Source: Lachnospiraceae bacterium
GTDB lineage: Bacteria > Bacillota > Clostridia > Lachnospirales > Lachnospiraceae
Direction of reading: 5' to 3'
DNA: 64,000 nt
Assembly (NCBI GenBank): GCA_016297945.1
Contig: JAEDFR010000001.1
Coordinates: forward strand, 3,654 to 67,653
The notes beneath the pieces are model-generated. The model made no database searches, was not told the origin of the DNA, and saw only the letters and a list, made by a program, of their open reading frames with translations. Both the position numbers and the translations under genes were made by a program. This document shows, one piece after another, positions 30,387-40,721 of this stretch; position 1 is the first letter of the stretch; each line of letters starts with the position of its first letter.

Positions 30387-31346
30387 CTACTTGTCCCAAA
30401 TACTTGTAATATATCCCATAAAATAAGGAAAAAAAAGCCCCAATAACATATAGAATTTTGCAACCAAGCTGTTTTCTTTTGCTGAAATTGCTGGAAAAAA
30501 ATAGTTTTTATATGAACTACGCAATTGTTTTTCTAAACTCTTCTTTTTTAAAAAACGCTTTGTGAGATAAAACAATCTTAAATTTACTATTACAAATTCT
30601 TGCAAAAAACGTCTATATATACTCTCTTCACCAATTTCTTTAAAATATAGCATTCTATTTTCTATTTGCTTAAGTGCATCCAACTGTTTTTCAGAAAATG
30701 AAGATAAGGTAATTCCTTGTCTATTTCGTCTATAAAAATACAACTCCTGATCACATATAGCAATTCTATTACATGAATACATAATACGTGCATTTAATGC
30801 AAAATCTTCATACAACATTCCCTCAGGAAACCTCTCATTTAAAAAGGCCTTTTTTCTATACAATTTATTCCATGCAACATTCATAAATAAAACATCAAAA
30901 GAATAAAAATTTCTCATCATTTCTTTTCCATCATAAATGTTACATTTTATATTATTATCTTTTTTTTCAACAAAAAAACCATCTCGAATATATCCACACA
31001 TTGACATATCAGCATTATTATTGATCATTCCGTAATACAAACATTCGACATATTTTTTGTGTACATAATCATCAGAATCAACAAAACAAATAAACTCACC
31101 TTTAGCACACGAAATTCCTTTATTTCTAGCTGCAGACAATCCCTTGTTTTTCTGATAAACATATTCAACTCTCGAATCTTTTTTTGCATATTCTTCGCAA
31201 ATAATACCGGATTGATCAGTAGAGCCATCATTTACAATGATAATTTGTAAATTACTATAGCTTTGTACAAGTATAGAATCTAAGCATTCCTTCACATAAT
31301 TTTCAACGTTATATACAGGCACAACTACCGATATTAAATCTTCCAT
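30387..31346 (-). CDS. Glycosyltransferase family 2
   Basis: ISVVVPVYNVE, VNDGSTD, GLSAARN, FVDSDD and YED motifs. Confidence 0.93.
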   Translation of the reverse strand: MEDLISVVVPVYNVENYVKECLDSILVQSYSNLQIIIVNDGSTDQSGIICEEYAKKDSRVEYVYQKNKGLSAARNKGISCAKGEFICFVDSDDYVHKKYVECLYYGMINNNADMSMCGYIRDGFFVEKKDNNIKCNIYDGKEMMRNFYSFDVLFMNVAWNKLYRKKAFLNERFPEGMLYEDFALNARIMYSCNRIAICDQELYFYRRNRQGITLSSFSEKQLDALKQIENRMLYFKEIGEESIYRRFLQEFVIVNLRLFYLTKRFLKKKSLEKQLRSSYKNYFFPAISAKENSLVAKFYMLLGLFFPYFMGYITSIWDK

Positions 31347-31352
31347 ACCTCT

Positions 31353-32267
31353 TTACGCCTTCCACCCCGGCCTATACACCGGATGTAATCCTGTTTTTCC
31401 CATTTTTCCGTCTCTAACGGCTTCTTTTATAACAGCAATCTTTTTTTTATCAAACGATGAATAAGCCACTAAGATACGTCGAAATCCCCGAATCCATGCA
31501 GATTTCTTATCCAGATGTTCGCGATACATCACAACCACATTTCTGGTTGCGTAATAATCTCTCCAGGTAACTCCATCGCCATATAAATAATTATCTTTGT
31601 GATGAATCAAAATGGAGGGGACGCACACAATCTTTCCATATTTTCCCACACGAACCGAGTGTTCAAAATCATCCTGATATATAAAAAAGTCTTTTCTAGG
31701 CAAACCTGCCTTTTGTATCACGTCTCTTCGTATGATAGTTCCAACAAATGAATATAAATCAATGTAAAAATACTCTTTTGTAAATTCACTTTTAGGAACC
31801 GGCATATCCTGTGTTCCAAACACGGTTTTCACAAAACGGTTTCTTTGGACTGATGCGATACGTCCTTCATATTCACACATGCCACAAAGTGCTGCTGCCT
31901 CATTCATAATATCCGGATGTTTATTTGAAAATTGCTCTGCCATTTCCAGAGCGTTTTTTTCAGGAAAAGCATCATCATCGGCAACCCAGACCCAGTCGGC
32001 ACATTCCATATCCTGCGCCATTTTCATGCCATGATAAAAGCCACCTGCTCCACCCATGTTCTCATCAAGCGAAATCACAATCCTGTTACATACACCCTGT
32101 TCATACTGCCAGATTCTCAAAAAGGCATCCGTTCCATCCGTACTGCAATTATCAACTACGATAATGTACTCCGGTTTCTTTGTCTGCTCTTCATAACAAA
32201 CAAGTGATTTCTTCAGTTCCTCTATTCGGTTATATGTAACAACAACAACTCCGATTTTCATACTCAA
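31353..32267 (-). CDS. Glycosyltransferase family 2 (GlfT1/rhamnosyltransferase-like)
   Basis: VVVVTYNR, VDNCSTDG, NMGGAGGF, DDDA and FFIYQDDFE motifs. Confidence 0.88.
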   Translation of the reverse strand: MSMKIGVVVVTYNRIEELKKSLVCYEEQTKKPEYIIVVDNCSTDGTDAFLRIWQYEQGVCNRIVISLDENMGGAGGFYHGMKMAQDMECADWVWVADDDAFPEKNALEMAEQFSNKHPDIMNEAAALCGMCEYEGRIASVQRNRFVKTVFGTQDMPVPKSEFTKEYFYIDLYSFVGTIIRRDVIQKAGLPRKDFFIYQDDFEHSVRVGKYGKIVCVPSILIHHKDNYLYGDGVTWRDYYATRNVVVMYREHLDKKSAWIRGFRRILVAYSSFDKKKIAVIKEAVRDGKMGKTGLHPVYRPGWKA

Positions 32268-33196
32268 AAATTTATCCGTTCTTCTTCGATGACCAAAGGT
32301 CGATTCATAACCCTCTGATTAATACTGCTGATATATTCACCCAGAAATCCGATAAAAAATAACTGCAACGCCCCTAAAAAGAACATTCCGATCAAAAGCG
32401 GTGCCATACCTGCGCTAAAGCGGTCCCAATACATCAACTTCATTACCAGATAAACAATTCCTGCTATAAAACTGAATATTCCGCAAAAGATTCCGGCAAA
32501 TGTACACAACCGTAATCCCGCTTTGGTATAAGATGTGATACTGAGCATAGCCGCATCATACAGGCTTAGGAAGTTGTTTTTACTCTTTCCTGCTCTGCGC
32601 TCCGGTTGTTCGTATTCGATTTCTTTTCGCTTAAAGCCTAATTCTGCAACAATTCCTCTTAAAAACGGTGTCGGATCTTTTAAATCCCGTAACACATCAA
32701 CAAATGTTTTGTCATATAATCCGGAACCGGTAAAATGCTCAATTTGCTCAACATTGGAGAACTTTTTAATCGCCTTATAGTAAAGCGTCCGTAAACCGTA
32801 TACGATTTTGTTTTCTTTGCTTTTGCTCTTGATACCGATGACAATTTTATAACCATTTTCCCACTCTCTGATATACTGTGGAATCAATTCCACGGGATCC
32901 TGAAAATCGCATACCATGCTAATCGTACAATCTCCGGTTGTCTGTAACATGCCATAAAAAGGAGAATTAAACTGCCCAAAATTCTTTGCATTGAAAATTG
33001 CTTTGATGTTAGGATTTTTTCTACAAATCTCCCGAAGCAATGTTCTCGTATTGTCCTTCGAATCATTGTCGATAAATACAAGCTCATAGTCATAAGTAGA
33101 TAATTCTCCCTCAAACAATGACGTAATGGCTTGGCTCATCGGTCCGACATTTTCTTCTTCATTATAGCAAGGTATTAATATACTGATTTTTTTCAT
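32264..33196 (-). CDS. GtrB/CsbB-like undecaprenyl-phosphate glycosyltransferase (GT2, two C-terminal TMs)
   Basis: IPCYNEEEN, KNFGQ, CDFQDP, RRAGKSK and GFLGEYI motifs. Confidence 0.9.
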   Translation of the reverse strand: MKKISILIPCYNEEENVGPMSQAITSLFEGELSTYDYELVFIDNDSKDNTRTLLREICRKNPNIKAIFNAKNFGQFNSPFYGMLQTTGDCTISMVCDFQDPVELIPQYIREWENGYKIVIGIKSKSKENKIVYGLRTLYYKAIKKFSNVEQIEHFTGSGLYDKTFVDVLRDLKDPTPFLRGIVAELGFKRKEIEYEQPERRAGKSKNNFLSLYDAAMLSITSYTKAGLRLCTFAGIFCGIFSFIAGIVYLVMKLMYWDRFSAGMAPLLIGMFFLGALQLFFIGFLGEYISSINQRVMNRPLVIEEERINF

Positions 33197-33299
33197 ATCA
33201 TCTTCCCGTCTTTATCACAAACATCTGAATACGTCTATTTTGAACATATTTCGAACCTATTTGGAATAAATTCGAATTTCTTCAAAATAATATCAATAA

Positions 33300-33347
33300 A
33301 TTATACCACATTTTTTCGTTGTAGCAAACCATAGGAATTGATATAAT
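33300..33347. promoter_or_regulatory. Overlapping divergent SigA promoters (GT operon and yfhO)
   Basis: Plus strand: TTGTAG(33319)-N17-TATAAT(33342) with TG extension. Minus strand: TTGCTA-N16-TATAAT (33327 to 33300) with TG extension. Confidence 0.6.
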
Positions 33348-33443
33348 GATACAAGGGTTTTCTTTTTGTGAATCCCGAATGTTTATAGAATTGCGAAAGT
33401 TTCTTTGAAATGGAGAAATAGCAAGTGTGAAAGGATCATTAAC

Positions 33444-36400
33444 ATGAATATTCTTAATCAAGCAAAAAAAATAAAACCGGCAGAATTGGTATCATTTATC
33501 TACGCACCAATTCTGTCTTTTGTTATTTTGTATGTTGTTAATCTTTTTTATGAAAACACTCTGCCATCGGATATGTATATCCATCAGTTGCCTAAGAATA
33601 TTTCATACTGTGCGTTAGCCAGCCTGACATTTTATATTTATCTGAAAATATCTAAGCATTTTCAATCAATTTCCCAACTTTATAAGGTTGCGTTAGCCAT
33701 GGCTTATGGATTGTCATCCTATGCAGTGCTAAGTAACTTCTATTCTGAAACCATGCTCTTTTACGCTTTTGTTCCAATCATCTTTTTATCTATAGAATAC
33801 GTTAAAGGCAATCATGGATACGTCTTATTCTCCGTTTTATGTGCGGTTTCACTCTGTATTAGCACTGTCGATTCCTGTATACTTTTTATTTATCTTTCCA
33901 TTTATTTTTTCGTTTTTTCCAATAACGGCTTTGCCAAAAGAATCGTTGATTTTCTTCATCTTTTGTTGTGCTATGCATTTTCATTTTTATTATCACTTGC
34001 ACTGTGTGTTCCTCAATTATCTGCCTTCATAGCAGACAATCAGGATTCAATCTATCCGGGCTTTGCCGTTAACTACAACCCTGCCACTTTCTTATCAAGG
34101 TTTCTTACCGGTTCTGCTCCTTCTGAATATTTTACAACCGGACGCGGACTGGATTTATACTTCGGCATGTTCTTTTTTTTGCTTTTGATTCTCTATTTCT
34201 TTAACAGCAGCATTGAGAAAAAGGACAGACTGAAAAACTTCTGCTTTTTATTATTCTTAATTGGAACGCTCCAACTCACACCACTCATGCATCTGATGGA
34301 ATTATGCCAGGCAACACAGGCATTTTCCATTTATTACTCTGTATTTTTTACCTTTTACTGCTTACATTTGGCCTCTATATCACTCAATACATTATCCGGC
34401 ATGCAAAAAAAATCCATGCTTTGTGGTCTGACATTAGCAATCTGTATGGTAGTTTTTGTTTTCATCGGCTCCTCTCACAATTTCATGCCCATCACAAAGG
34501 AAATGATTGTATGCTTCCTCGCCCTCTATTTATTAGGACTTATTGTCCCGCTCTTTTCGGAACGTGCCTCAACCCAGAAACTGATACCGTTTTTTGTTAT
34601 CATTGAATTGGCAGTCAATATCCTGATTATGATTAATCAAAGTATTTTGCCCGCATCTTTGGACATCTCTGACAGTTATACTTTATTCAAAAAGGAAAGT
34701 ATTGCATCTGACAGCACGACAGAGCAATCGGTTTCTGCACCCTCCGAAGCCAATAAAATGATGGATGCTTATAATGATTTTTATGATGCGTATTATGCAA
34801 CCGACATGTCCGATACCTTATATTTTATTGGCGACCACATTGAAATTACGGATAGTGACAAAGAAAAATTTGATATGACCGGTGACTTAAACGAGTTAGA
34901 AGCATTTAATCTTCGCGGACATATTCTTGGAGTAACGGAAGATGTTTTTACCAAAGAAAATATTAGTATTTCTTTTGATGCATCTGAAAAATATACAGTT
35001 GTTGACGAAGGCAACAACTTATACTGTCTGGAACAGACACCGGACACCTTAATTGATGGACAGGTTGTTGTTCCCTATCATTATGAAAATCCGAAAAACA
35101 AGCACTATATTATTCTTTGCAGCTTTTATGACTATATGGTGGAAGATTTGGGAGACAAAGATACTTTTGACGGTTTCCTATGCTTTACCGCCAGCAGAAA
35201 TTTATCATTCCGTTTTCAATTATCCGTTTATTCTATCAATGAAGATGCACTTTCAAAGGTTTCTGCTGCTTTATTTACAGATGCCGATCCTACAACTCAT
35301 GAAGAAACCAATTACAATGTTTATATCATTTTGTTAATCCTTTCAGCAATCGGAGTTATCTTATTACTTCATTTTACTATTGATAAGGGAAGAGACAAAA
35401 CAATAAACCGTCTCAATTCGTTCAAAAATCATTGCATCCATGCAGGATTCTGGTTAAAAATGCGTCAATTCCTGATGGATAACCGTGTCTATATAATGGC
35501 ATTTTTCATTCCTTTTGCAGTTTTCGTATCTGCTATGATTTACTATGATTCTGCACCATTTGGGCAGGGCTCTTTCTTGGATTCGGATGGTATTTCCTCC
35601 GTTTTGGCAGCATCGCTAAATTACTACTACAATTTGAAATCCGGAAATATCACACTCAGCATGTTGGGTGGTTATGCTAACGGTATTTTCCCCGGTTTAT
35701 ATATCGTATTTTATCTTCCGATGTTATTGTTTTCTGCAGATGCACTTCCGGCTGTATTTATGATATTAAATGCCATTTTAATGGGCTTTTCCGGATTTTT
35801 TATCTGTTACTATTTCACACACCGTTTCAACGGTGTAAGAGCAGATAAATCTGATTGGAAACTACTCATTCCGGCTTTGATTTACAGTTTAAACACCTTT
35901 ATGATTGCTATGCACAGTTATATTTTCTGGTGGTATCTGCTGTTTGCACTATTCCCTCTTCTTGTTTTATTTCAGGAACGTTTAATTTATGAAAGAAAGT
36001 GGTTGCCTTATTCACTTTTACTATTCTTTTGCATATTAACGAATTTTAATATTGCATTATATATTTGTATTTATCTGGTTATCCACTTTTTCACCTGCAA
36101 ATTTGAAAACATCAAAGATTTTATTGTAAAGGGATTCCGTTTTGCGATACCCTCGCTTTTAGGCGCACTCTGCAACTTCAGTAATCTATACGGATTGTTT
36201 GCCGGCTTATTCACACAGCGTGCCGGAACCGGCTATGCGGAAGCTGACAGCGTTGCCCCTTCCTTTGGCTTCTTCACTTCCTACTTTAACCAGTGGAAAC
36301 AGTTTATGCTTTTTACGCCCTGCATAACCATCACGGACAACGATGGGCATATCAATTTATATATAGGAGTATTTTTCCTGATATTATTCGCTTTATTTGT

Positions 36401-38066
36401 TACATCCAAAAAAATAAAGCTGACACAAAAACTGAAATATCTGATACCAACTTTCATTTTATTTATCAGTTTCAATGAAGAAATAACTACTTATGTCTGG
36501 AACGGTTTTCATTATCAGGTAAGCGTACCAAACAGACATGCCTTTTTATTTGCATTTGTTGCCTCCATGATGGCTTTTGAAGTTTTATCCCATATCAAAG
36601 AGATTTCCATGAAACAAATGGGCTTATGCACCGGATTGTCTATCCTGTTTATGTGCGCATGTCAGTTTTTGGGTGACGGAAACACCAAACTTGCTTTTGG
36701 TGCAACTTTGATTGTACTTGTACTCTACTTCATTGTTTATTTTGTTTTTTCACGTTTGAAAAAAATAAAACAATATCTGATTCCTGCAATCATTGGTGTT
36801 TTTGCTTTGGAAATGACCCTAAATGTTTTTTATGACTGTACCTCATTTTCACTGGACAATATTTCCATTTATGCCGATTATGAAAAACAGGCTGATTATC
36901 ATGCCAAATTATTGAAAACGGATACGCAGAATGCCTATCGTTTCTCGCTTCCGGCTTCCTATGGCGCAAACAATGGATTTATTGTAAATGCACCGACCGG
37001 AACGTATTTTAACTCCTTTTTGTCAAACTATCTCCAATACATGAGTTATTATTACGGACTATATTACGGTCACAACTTTATAATGACGCATCACAATGCA
37101 ACGCCACTTACCACGGCACTGTCTTCCTGCAAATATATTGAAGCACCATGTTATTCTACAGCATCATTAGGTGACTTATATAACTACAACTATTATGACA
37201 CCATTAACGGTCACTTTATATTGGAAAATCCGGATGCACTTTCTTTTGGAATTTATGTGCCTTCCGCAATTGAATTTATACCGGAAGAAGCTCTGGAGAC
37301 TCCGGCTTCTTTCCAGAATTATATTGTCCGATTGGTAACAGATTCGGAAAAAGATGTATATAACGGTCCCATCACATTAAAGTCTGACATTTCAGAAGAC
37401 AGTGATTTTTCAGGTACGAATTATATCCGATTTAAAACACCTGATAACACCTATGTTTCACAACAGACTGCCCGGGAAATCATTTATGGCGAAGAAAATG
37501 CTTCCGATCCGGTTTTTACCAGTCATCATTTATATTGTGAAATTGCAGTTACACCAAAAACGGATGGACCACTTTATCTATATGCCAATGAATTCGTATA
37601 CTTAGGTGAGGGAAAAGCCGGTAAAGAAAGTATCTTCACCATTCCTTATCCCAACAAGACTTGTAGTGAAGGTTATGAATTTACCTGCTATACATTTGAT
37701 CCGGAACAATATCAACATTTTATCCAGGATGCAAAAGCAAACCAGTTGGAAAACGTCAAACTTCAGGATAATATATTGACCGCAGACATCAACTACGACG
37801 AAGAAGGCTATACGATGTTTAGTCTGCCCTATACAACGGCTTGGAAAATCTATATTGACGGAAATGAAGTGAAACAGGAAGATTTGATGAATTCCTATCT
37901 TTTTGTAAAAACTCCGGCTGGAAAGCATCAGTTAAGGATGGTGTATGATAATAGTGCTTCGATAAGAGGTGTGGTCATTTCGCTTGGAATCATTTGTGGT
38001 TTATGCCTATTGGATTTTGTGAAAAAGAAATGGAAGAAAAGAAAAAAGACTACATTTGAATCATAA
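33444..38066 (+). CDS. yfhO: YfhO-family GT-C membrane protein with two tandem YfhO-like modules
   Basis: Second module has PFGQGSFLDSD, WNGFHYQVSVPNRHAF and SLPYTTAWKIYIDG...PAGKH. First module repeats AYGLSSY and LDLYFG. ATG 33444 has RBS GAAAGGA. Confidence 0.85.
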   Translation: MNILNQAKKIKPAELVSFIYAPILSFVILYVVNLFYENTLPSDMYIHQLPKNISYCALASLTFYIYLKISKHFQSISQLYKVALAMAYGLSSYAVLSNFYSETMLFYAFVPIIFLSIEYVKGNHGYVLFSVLCAVSLCISTVDSCILFIYLSIYFFVFSNNGFAKRIVDFLHLLLCYAFSFLLSLALCVPQLSAFIADNQDSIYPGFAVNYNPATFLSRFLTGSAPSEYFTTGRGLDLYFGMFFFLLLILYFFNSSIEKKDRLKNFCFLLFLIGTLQLTPLMHLMELCQATQAFSIYYSVFFTFYCLHLASISLNTLSGMQKKSMLCGLTLAICMVVFVFIGSSHNFMPITKEMIVCFLALYLLGLIVPLFSERASTQKLIPFFVIIELAVNILIMINQSILPASLDISDSYTLFKKESIASDSTTEQSVSAPSEANKMMDAYNDFYDAYYATDMSDTLYFIGDHIEITDSDKEKFDMTGDLNELEAFNLRGHILGVTEDVFTKENISISFDASEKYTVVDEGNNLYCLEQTPDTLIDGQVVVPYHYENPKNKHYIILCSFYDYMVEDLGDKDTFDGFLCFTASRNLSFRFQLSVYSINEDALSKVSAALFTDADPTTHEETNYNVYIILLILSAIGVILLLHFTIDKGRDKTINRLNSFKNHCIHAGFWLKMRQFLMDNRVYIMAFFIPFAVFVSAMIYYDSAPFGQGSFLDSDGISSVLAASLNYYYNLKSGNITLSMLGGYANGIFPGLYIVFYLPMLLFSADALPAVFMILNAILMGFSGFFICYYFTHRFNGVRADKSDWKLLIPALIYSLNTFMIAMHSYIFWWYLLFALFPLLVLFQERLIYERKWLPYSLLLFFCILTNFNIALYICIYLVIHFFTCKFENIKDFIVKGFRFAIPSLLGALCNFSNLYGLFAGLFTQRAGTGYAEADSVAPSFGFFTSYFNQWKQFMLFTPCITITDNDGHINLYIGVFFLILFALFVTSKKIKLTQKLKYLIPTFILFISFNEEITTYVWNGFHYQVSVPNRHAFLFAFVASMMAFEVLSHIKEISMKQMGLCTGLSILFMCACQFLGDGNTKLAFGATLIVLVLYFIVYFVFSRLKKIKQYLIPAIIGVFALEMTLNVFYDCTSFSLDNISIYADYEKQADYHAKLLKTDTQNAYRFSLPASYGANNGFIVNAPTGTYFNSFLSNYLQYMSYYYGLYYGHNFIMTHHNATPLTTALSSCKYIEAPCYSTASLGDLYNYNYYDTINGHFILENPDALSFGIYVPSAIEFIPEEALETPASFQNYIVRLVTDSEKDVYNGPITLKSDISEDSDFSGTNYIRFKTPDNTYVSQQTAREIIYGEENASDPVFTSHHLYCEIAVTPKTDGPLYLYANEFVYLGEGKAGKESIFTIPYPNKTCSEGYEFTCYTFDPEQYQHFIQDAKANQLENVKLQDNILTADINYDEEGYTMFSLPYTTAWKIYIDGNEVKQEDLMNSYLFVKTPAGKHQLRMVYDNSASIRGVVISLGIICGLCLLDFVKKKWKKRKKTTFES

Positions 38067-38106
38067 ACATCACAGTAGTATTATTAATATAATAAATTCA
38101 TTATAT

Positions 38107-38136
38107 ACAAAAGCAGCCATTTCAGGCTGCTTTTGT
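38107..38136. terminator. Bidirectional intrinsic terminator
   Basis: ACAAAAGCAGCC-atttca-GGCTGCTTTTGT between convergent genes. Confidence 0.85.
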
Positions 38137-38140
38137 GATT

Positions 38141-39817
38141 TCAATTATCTTTACCTAATCTAATAAAATATAAATTCAATTTTTCAATAAGCGTTAGGAA
38201 TATCAATGTTGCACTTGTCAAATAAAATGGCATATAATACATAAACATATTGCTTGGTGCAAATAAGAAAACAATTGGTACTTGAAGAATTACTGTTCCA
38301 ATCAAACATGCACTAAACCAATCTTTTTTTATAAATCTTAAAATCATCAATGCTATTAATCCAATTAGCCCCCAGAAAGAATTATAAAAAATTGGATAAA
38401 AAGCATTTGTTTTTATGTAATTTCCTTGTTCTCTGCAAGCCAAAAAAGTTATAACAGTATTTCTCAAATCGGTATGTCCCAGATTAGTAAATCGGAAATA
38501 GTAATTGTAAAAATCTTCTCCACCAATATCCATTTCCTGTTTCCATTGGGTAACATCACCATGGTTTATTATATTTGGCACAAAACCATTGGTTCTTTTA
38601 TATACTTCGATTCTATTATAAAGAAAGTCTATGGGATACTGTAAAAGAATGTCAATTGAGGCCACTAATACATCGTTTAGTTGTTTCTTATTCTCCACAT
38701 TTCCTTTTTCCCAATACACATCCGGTGTACCATAAAATACTGTAGTTTCACATATTTCTTCAACCGGAATCCAATCATTGATTACCTCTAAGTCATCCGT
38801 AATTTTTTCGTCATAATCTCCATAGTGTGTTGCAAGAATATCCGATAAAGGAGTCATTACCGCGGTTAACACATAAGGATCATCATCCGGTTGCCATAAC
38901 CTGTTTGGCAATGAACAAAGAAAATATATAACAATCACAACCGGAATAAAAAAGAATGATTTCCACTTATCTTTTTTATAATTCACCACTAATATGATAA
39001 GAAACAAACACGGGACAAGATACAAAAACTCTGTTTTCCATACGCCTAATATTATAGCAAATGTTAAGAATTGCAACGATTTTTTAATAGTAAACTGCTT
39101 ATTCTTTTTATATTCATAATAAAAACTAATAACCAAACACATGAAAAACCATGCAATCTGTGAATTTCTGATATTAAACTGGTTGTTATCCAACACCGGA
39201 AGAAACAGAAAAGGTATATATAACAAATATGTAAGCTTTTTATGTTCTATGTTATCCCAAACCGTTTTTAATGTGGCTGCCGCTAAAAGCGAAATAATAA
39301 CAATTTGAAAAAAAGTTAGGGATGCCACGTATGGAAACATGGCTATCGCCAGCCAATAAAATATCTGTGTAATCAATGACTGTACCCATACAATCCGGAT
39401 ATCCGATATGGTAAAGAATAACAGATATAGTTCATCCTGTTTAAATATTCCCGGCCAAACCAGAAACAGAATAACACATTGAATCAAAAAATAGATCAGG
39501 AAGAATTTAATAAACCGAACACACTTTTCATGTTTCCATCTTCCTAATTCAAATACCATCCATAGTAAAAAACCAAAGAAAATCCATAAAAGCACGAACG
39601 ATATAATCATCAAAACATGAAATTTGAAGACACTCAGTTCTGTTTTTAGAATAAATACACGTTGTATTTCACTATATTGTGTCACACGGCATACAATAGC
39701 AAAAATAAGTGCTAAAATTCCAACAACCACACCTTCTAGCTTGAAATTTATGATTTCAGGATCAATCTCCTTAGTATTATCCACATTTTGTTCTGGCTTT
39801 GTATTTTCTTCTGACAT
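38141..39817 (-). CDS. Polytopic membrane protein, DUF6020-like / GT-C-like
   Basis: Many TMs, WPGIFKQDE acidic loop after the third TM, large extracellular loop, C-terminal FLFAPSNMFMYYMP. Confidence 0.6.
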   Translation of the reverse strand: MSEENTKPEQNVDNTKEIDPEIINFKLEGVVVGILALIFAIVCRVTQYSEIQRVFILKTELSVFKFHVLMIISFVLLWIFFGFLLWMVFELGRWKHEKCVRFIKFFLIYFLIQCVILFLVWPGIFKQDELYLLFFTISDIRIVWVQSLITQIFYWLAIAMFPYVASLTFFQIVIISLLAAATLKTVWDNIEHKKLTYLLYIPFLFLPVLDNNQFNIRNSQIAWFFMCLVISFYYEYKKNKQFTIKKSLQFLTFAIILGVWKTEFLYLVPCLFLIILVVNYKKDKWKSFFFIPVVIVIYFLCSLPNRLWQPDDDPYVLTAVMTPLSDILATHYGDYDEKITDDLEVINDWIPVEEICETTVFYGTPDVYWEKGNVENKKQLNDVLVASIDILLQYPIDFLYNRIEVYKRTNGFVPNIINHGDVTQWKQEMDIGGEDFYNYYFRFTNLGHTDLRNTVITFLACREQGNYIKTNAFYPIFYNSFWGLIGLIALMILRFIKKDWFSACLIGTVILQVPIVFLFAPSNMFMYYMPFYLTSATLIFLTLIEKLNLYFIRLGKDN

Positions 39818-39905
39818 AGAGGAATTCCTTTCTAAGATTTTATTCTATTATTTTTCTTTGTTATTTCAACATGTAATCCTCGGCATTTATTTATTTTTTT
39901 GATAA

Positions 39906-40715
39906 TTACGAAAATAAATACTGATATTTATACATCTGTGCCTCCATGATTTTTAACACCCTTTCTTTTTCTTCTTTTGTGTAAATTGTGATTTGATTCA
40001 ATAACTCATTTACGTCTTTTGCCGAAAAAGAAAACTTTATATTTTCGCCAAATAATTCTTCTGATACATCTAATTGATCATCAAAATCTGTACTGATCGA
40101 TTTGCTCTGCACATCTTTCATCAATATTCTGTAATCAACATTTAAAGGATAGTCTGATCTGGTATCTGATAATACAGATGCACCATTATCGAAAATTGGA
40201 CAAAAATCATAGTCTCCATTTGAGTTCATTAGAACAGCAATATTATGCATGTGTCGATCTTCATTCAAAAACAAGGCATCAATTGTAAATAATTTATTGA
40301 TATACTTTCCAAAATCTTTTAAACCTGTCATTCGCTCAATAATATCAACCAAAAAGAGCAATCTCTTCTTAACATCCTTCATTTCCCATAAAACCATGTA
40401 CAGACTTTTTTGATATTGTTGATAAAACAATCTCTCTAAAGTAATTATTTGCCAATCTTTATCCAAAAAATGATAGCTTTTAACTCCATTAAAAACACGA
40501 TACTTATATTTGATTTGTTCTTCCTGATATAACACATATTCATTTTGAGATAATGTTGATTTTTGTAGTAAATGAGAAACAATATACTCCGCCAATCCCT
40601 CATAGCCACTGTGATCAGCCTTATACCATATATTACCTTTTTTCCATTTTAACTGATTCCCTTTTGATGATTGACGGTCATCTGTCTTCAAATCTTGTTC
40701 AAACAATTCTATCAT
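39906..40715 (-). CDS. HipA-like Ser/Thr kinase core lacking the HipA N-terminal subdomain
   Basis: SSKGNQLKW loop, catalytic FLNEDRHMHNIAV, Mg-binding PIFDNGAS. Confidence 0.82.
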   Translation of the reverse strand: MIELFEQDLKTDDRQSSKGNQLKWKKGNIWYKADHSGYEGLAEYIVSHLLQKSTLSQNEYVLYQEEQIKYKYRVFNGVKSYHFLDKDWQIITLERLFYQQYQKSLYMVLWEMKDVKKRLLFLVDIIERMTGLKDFGKYINKLFTIDALFLNEDRHMHNIAVLMNSNGDYDFCPIFDNGASVLSDTRSDYPLNVDYRILMKDVQSKSISTDFDDQLDVSEELFGENIKFSFSAKDVNELLNQITIYTKEEKERVLKIMEAQMYKYQYLFS

Positions 40716-40721
40716 ACCTAA

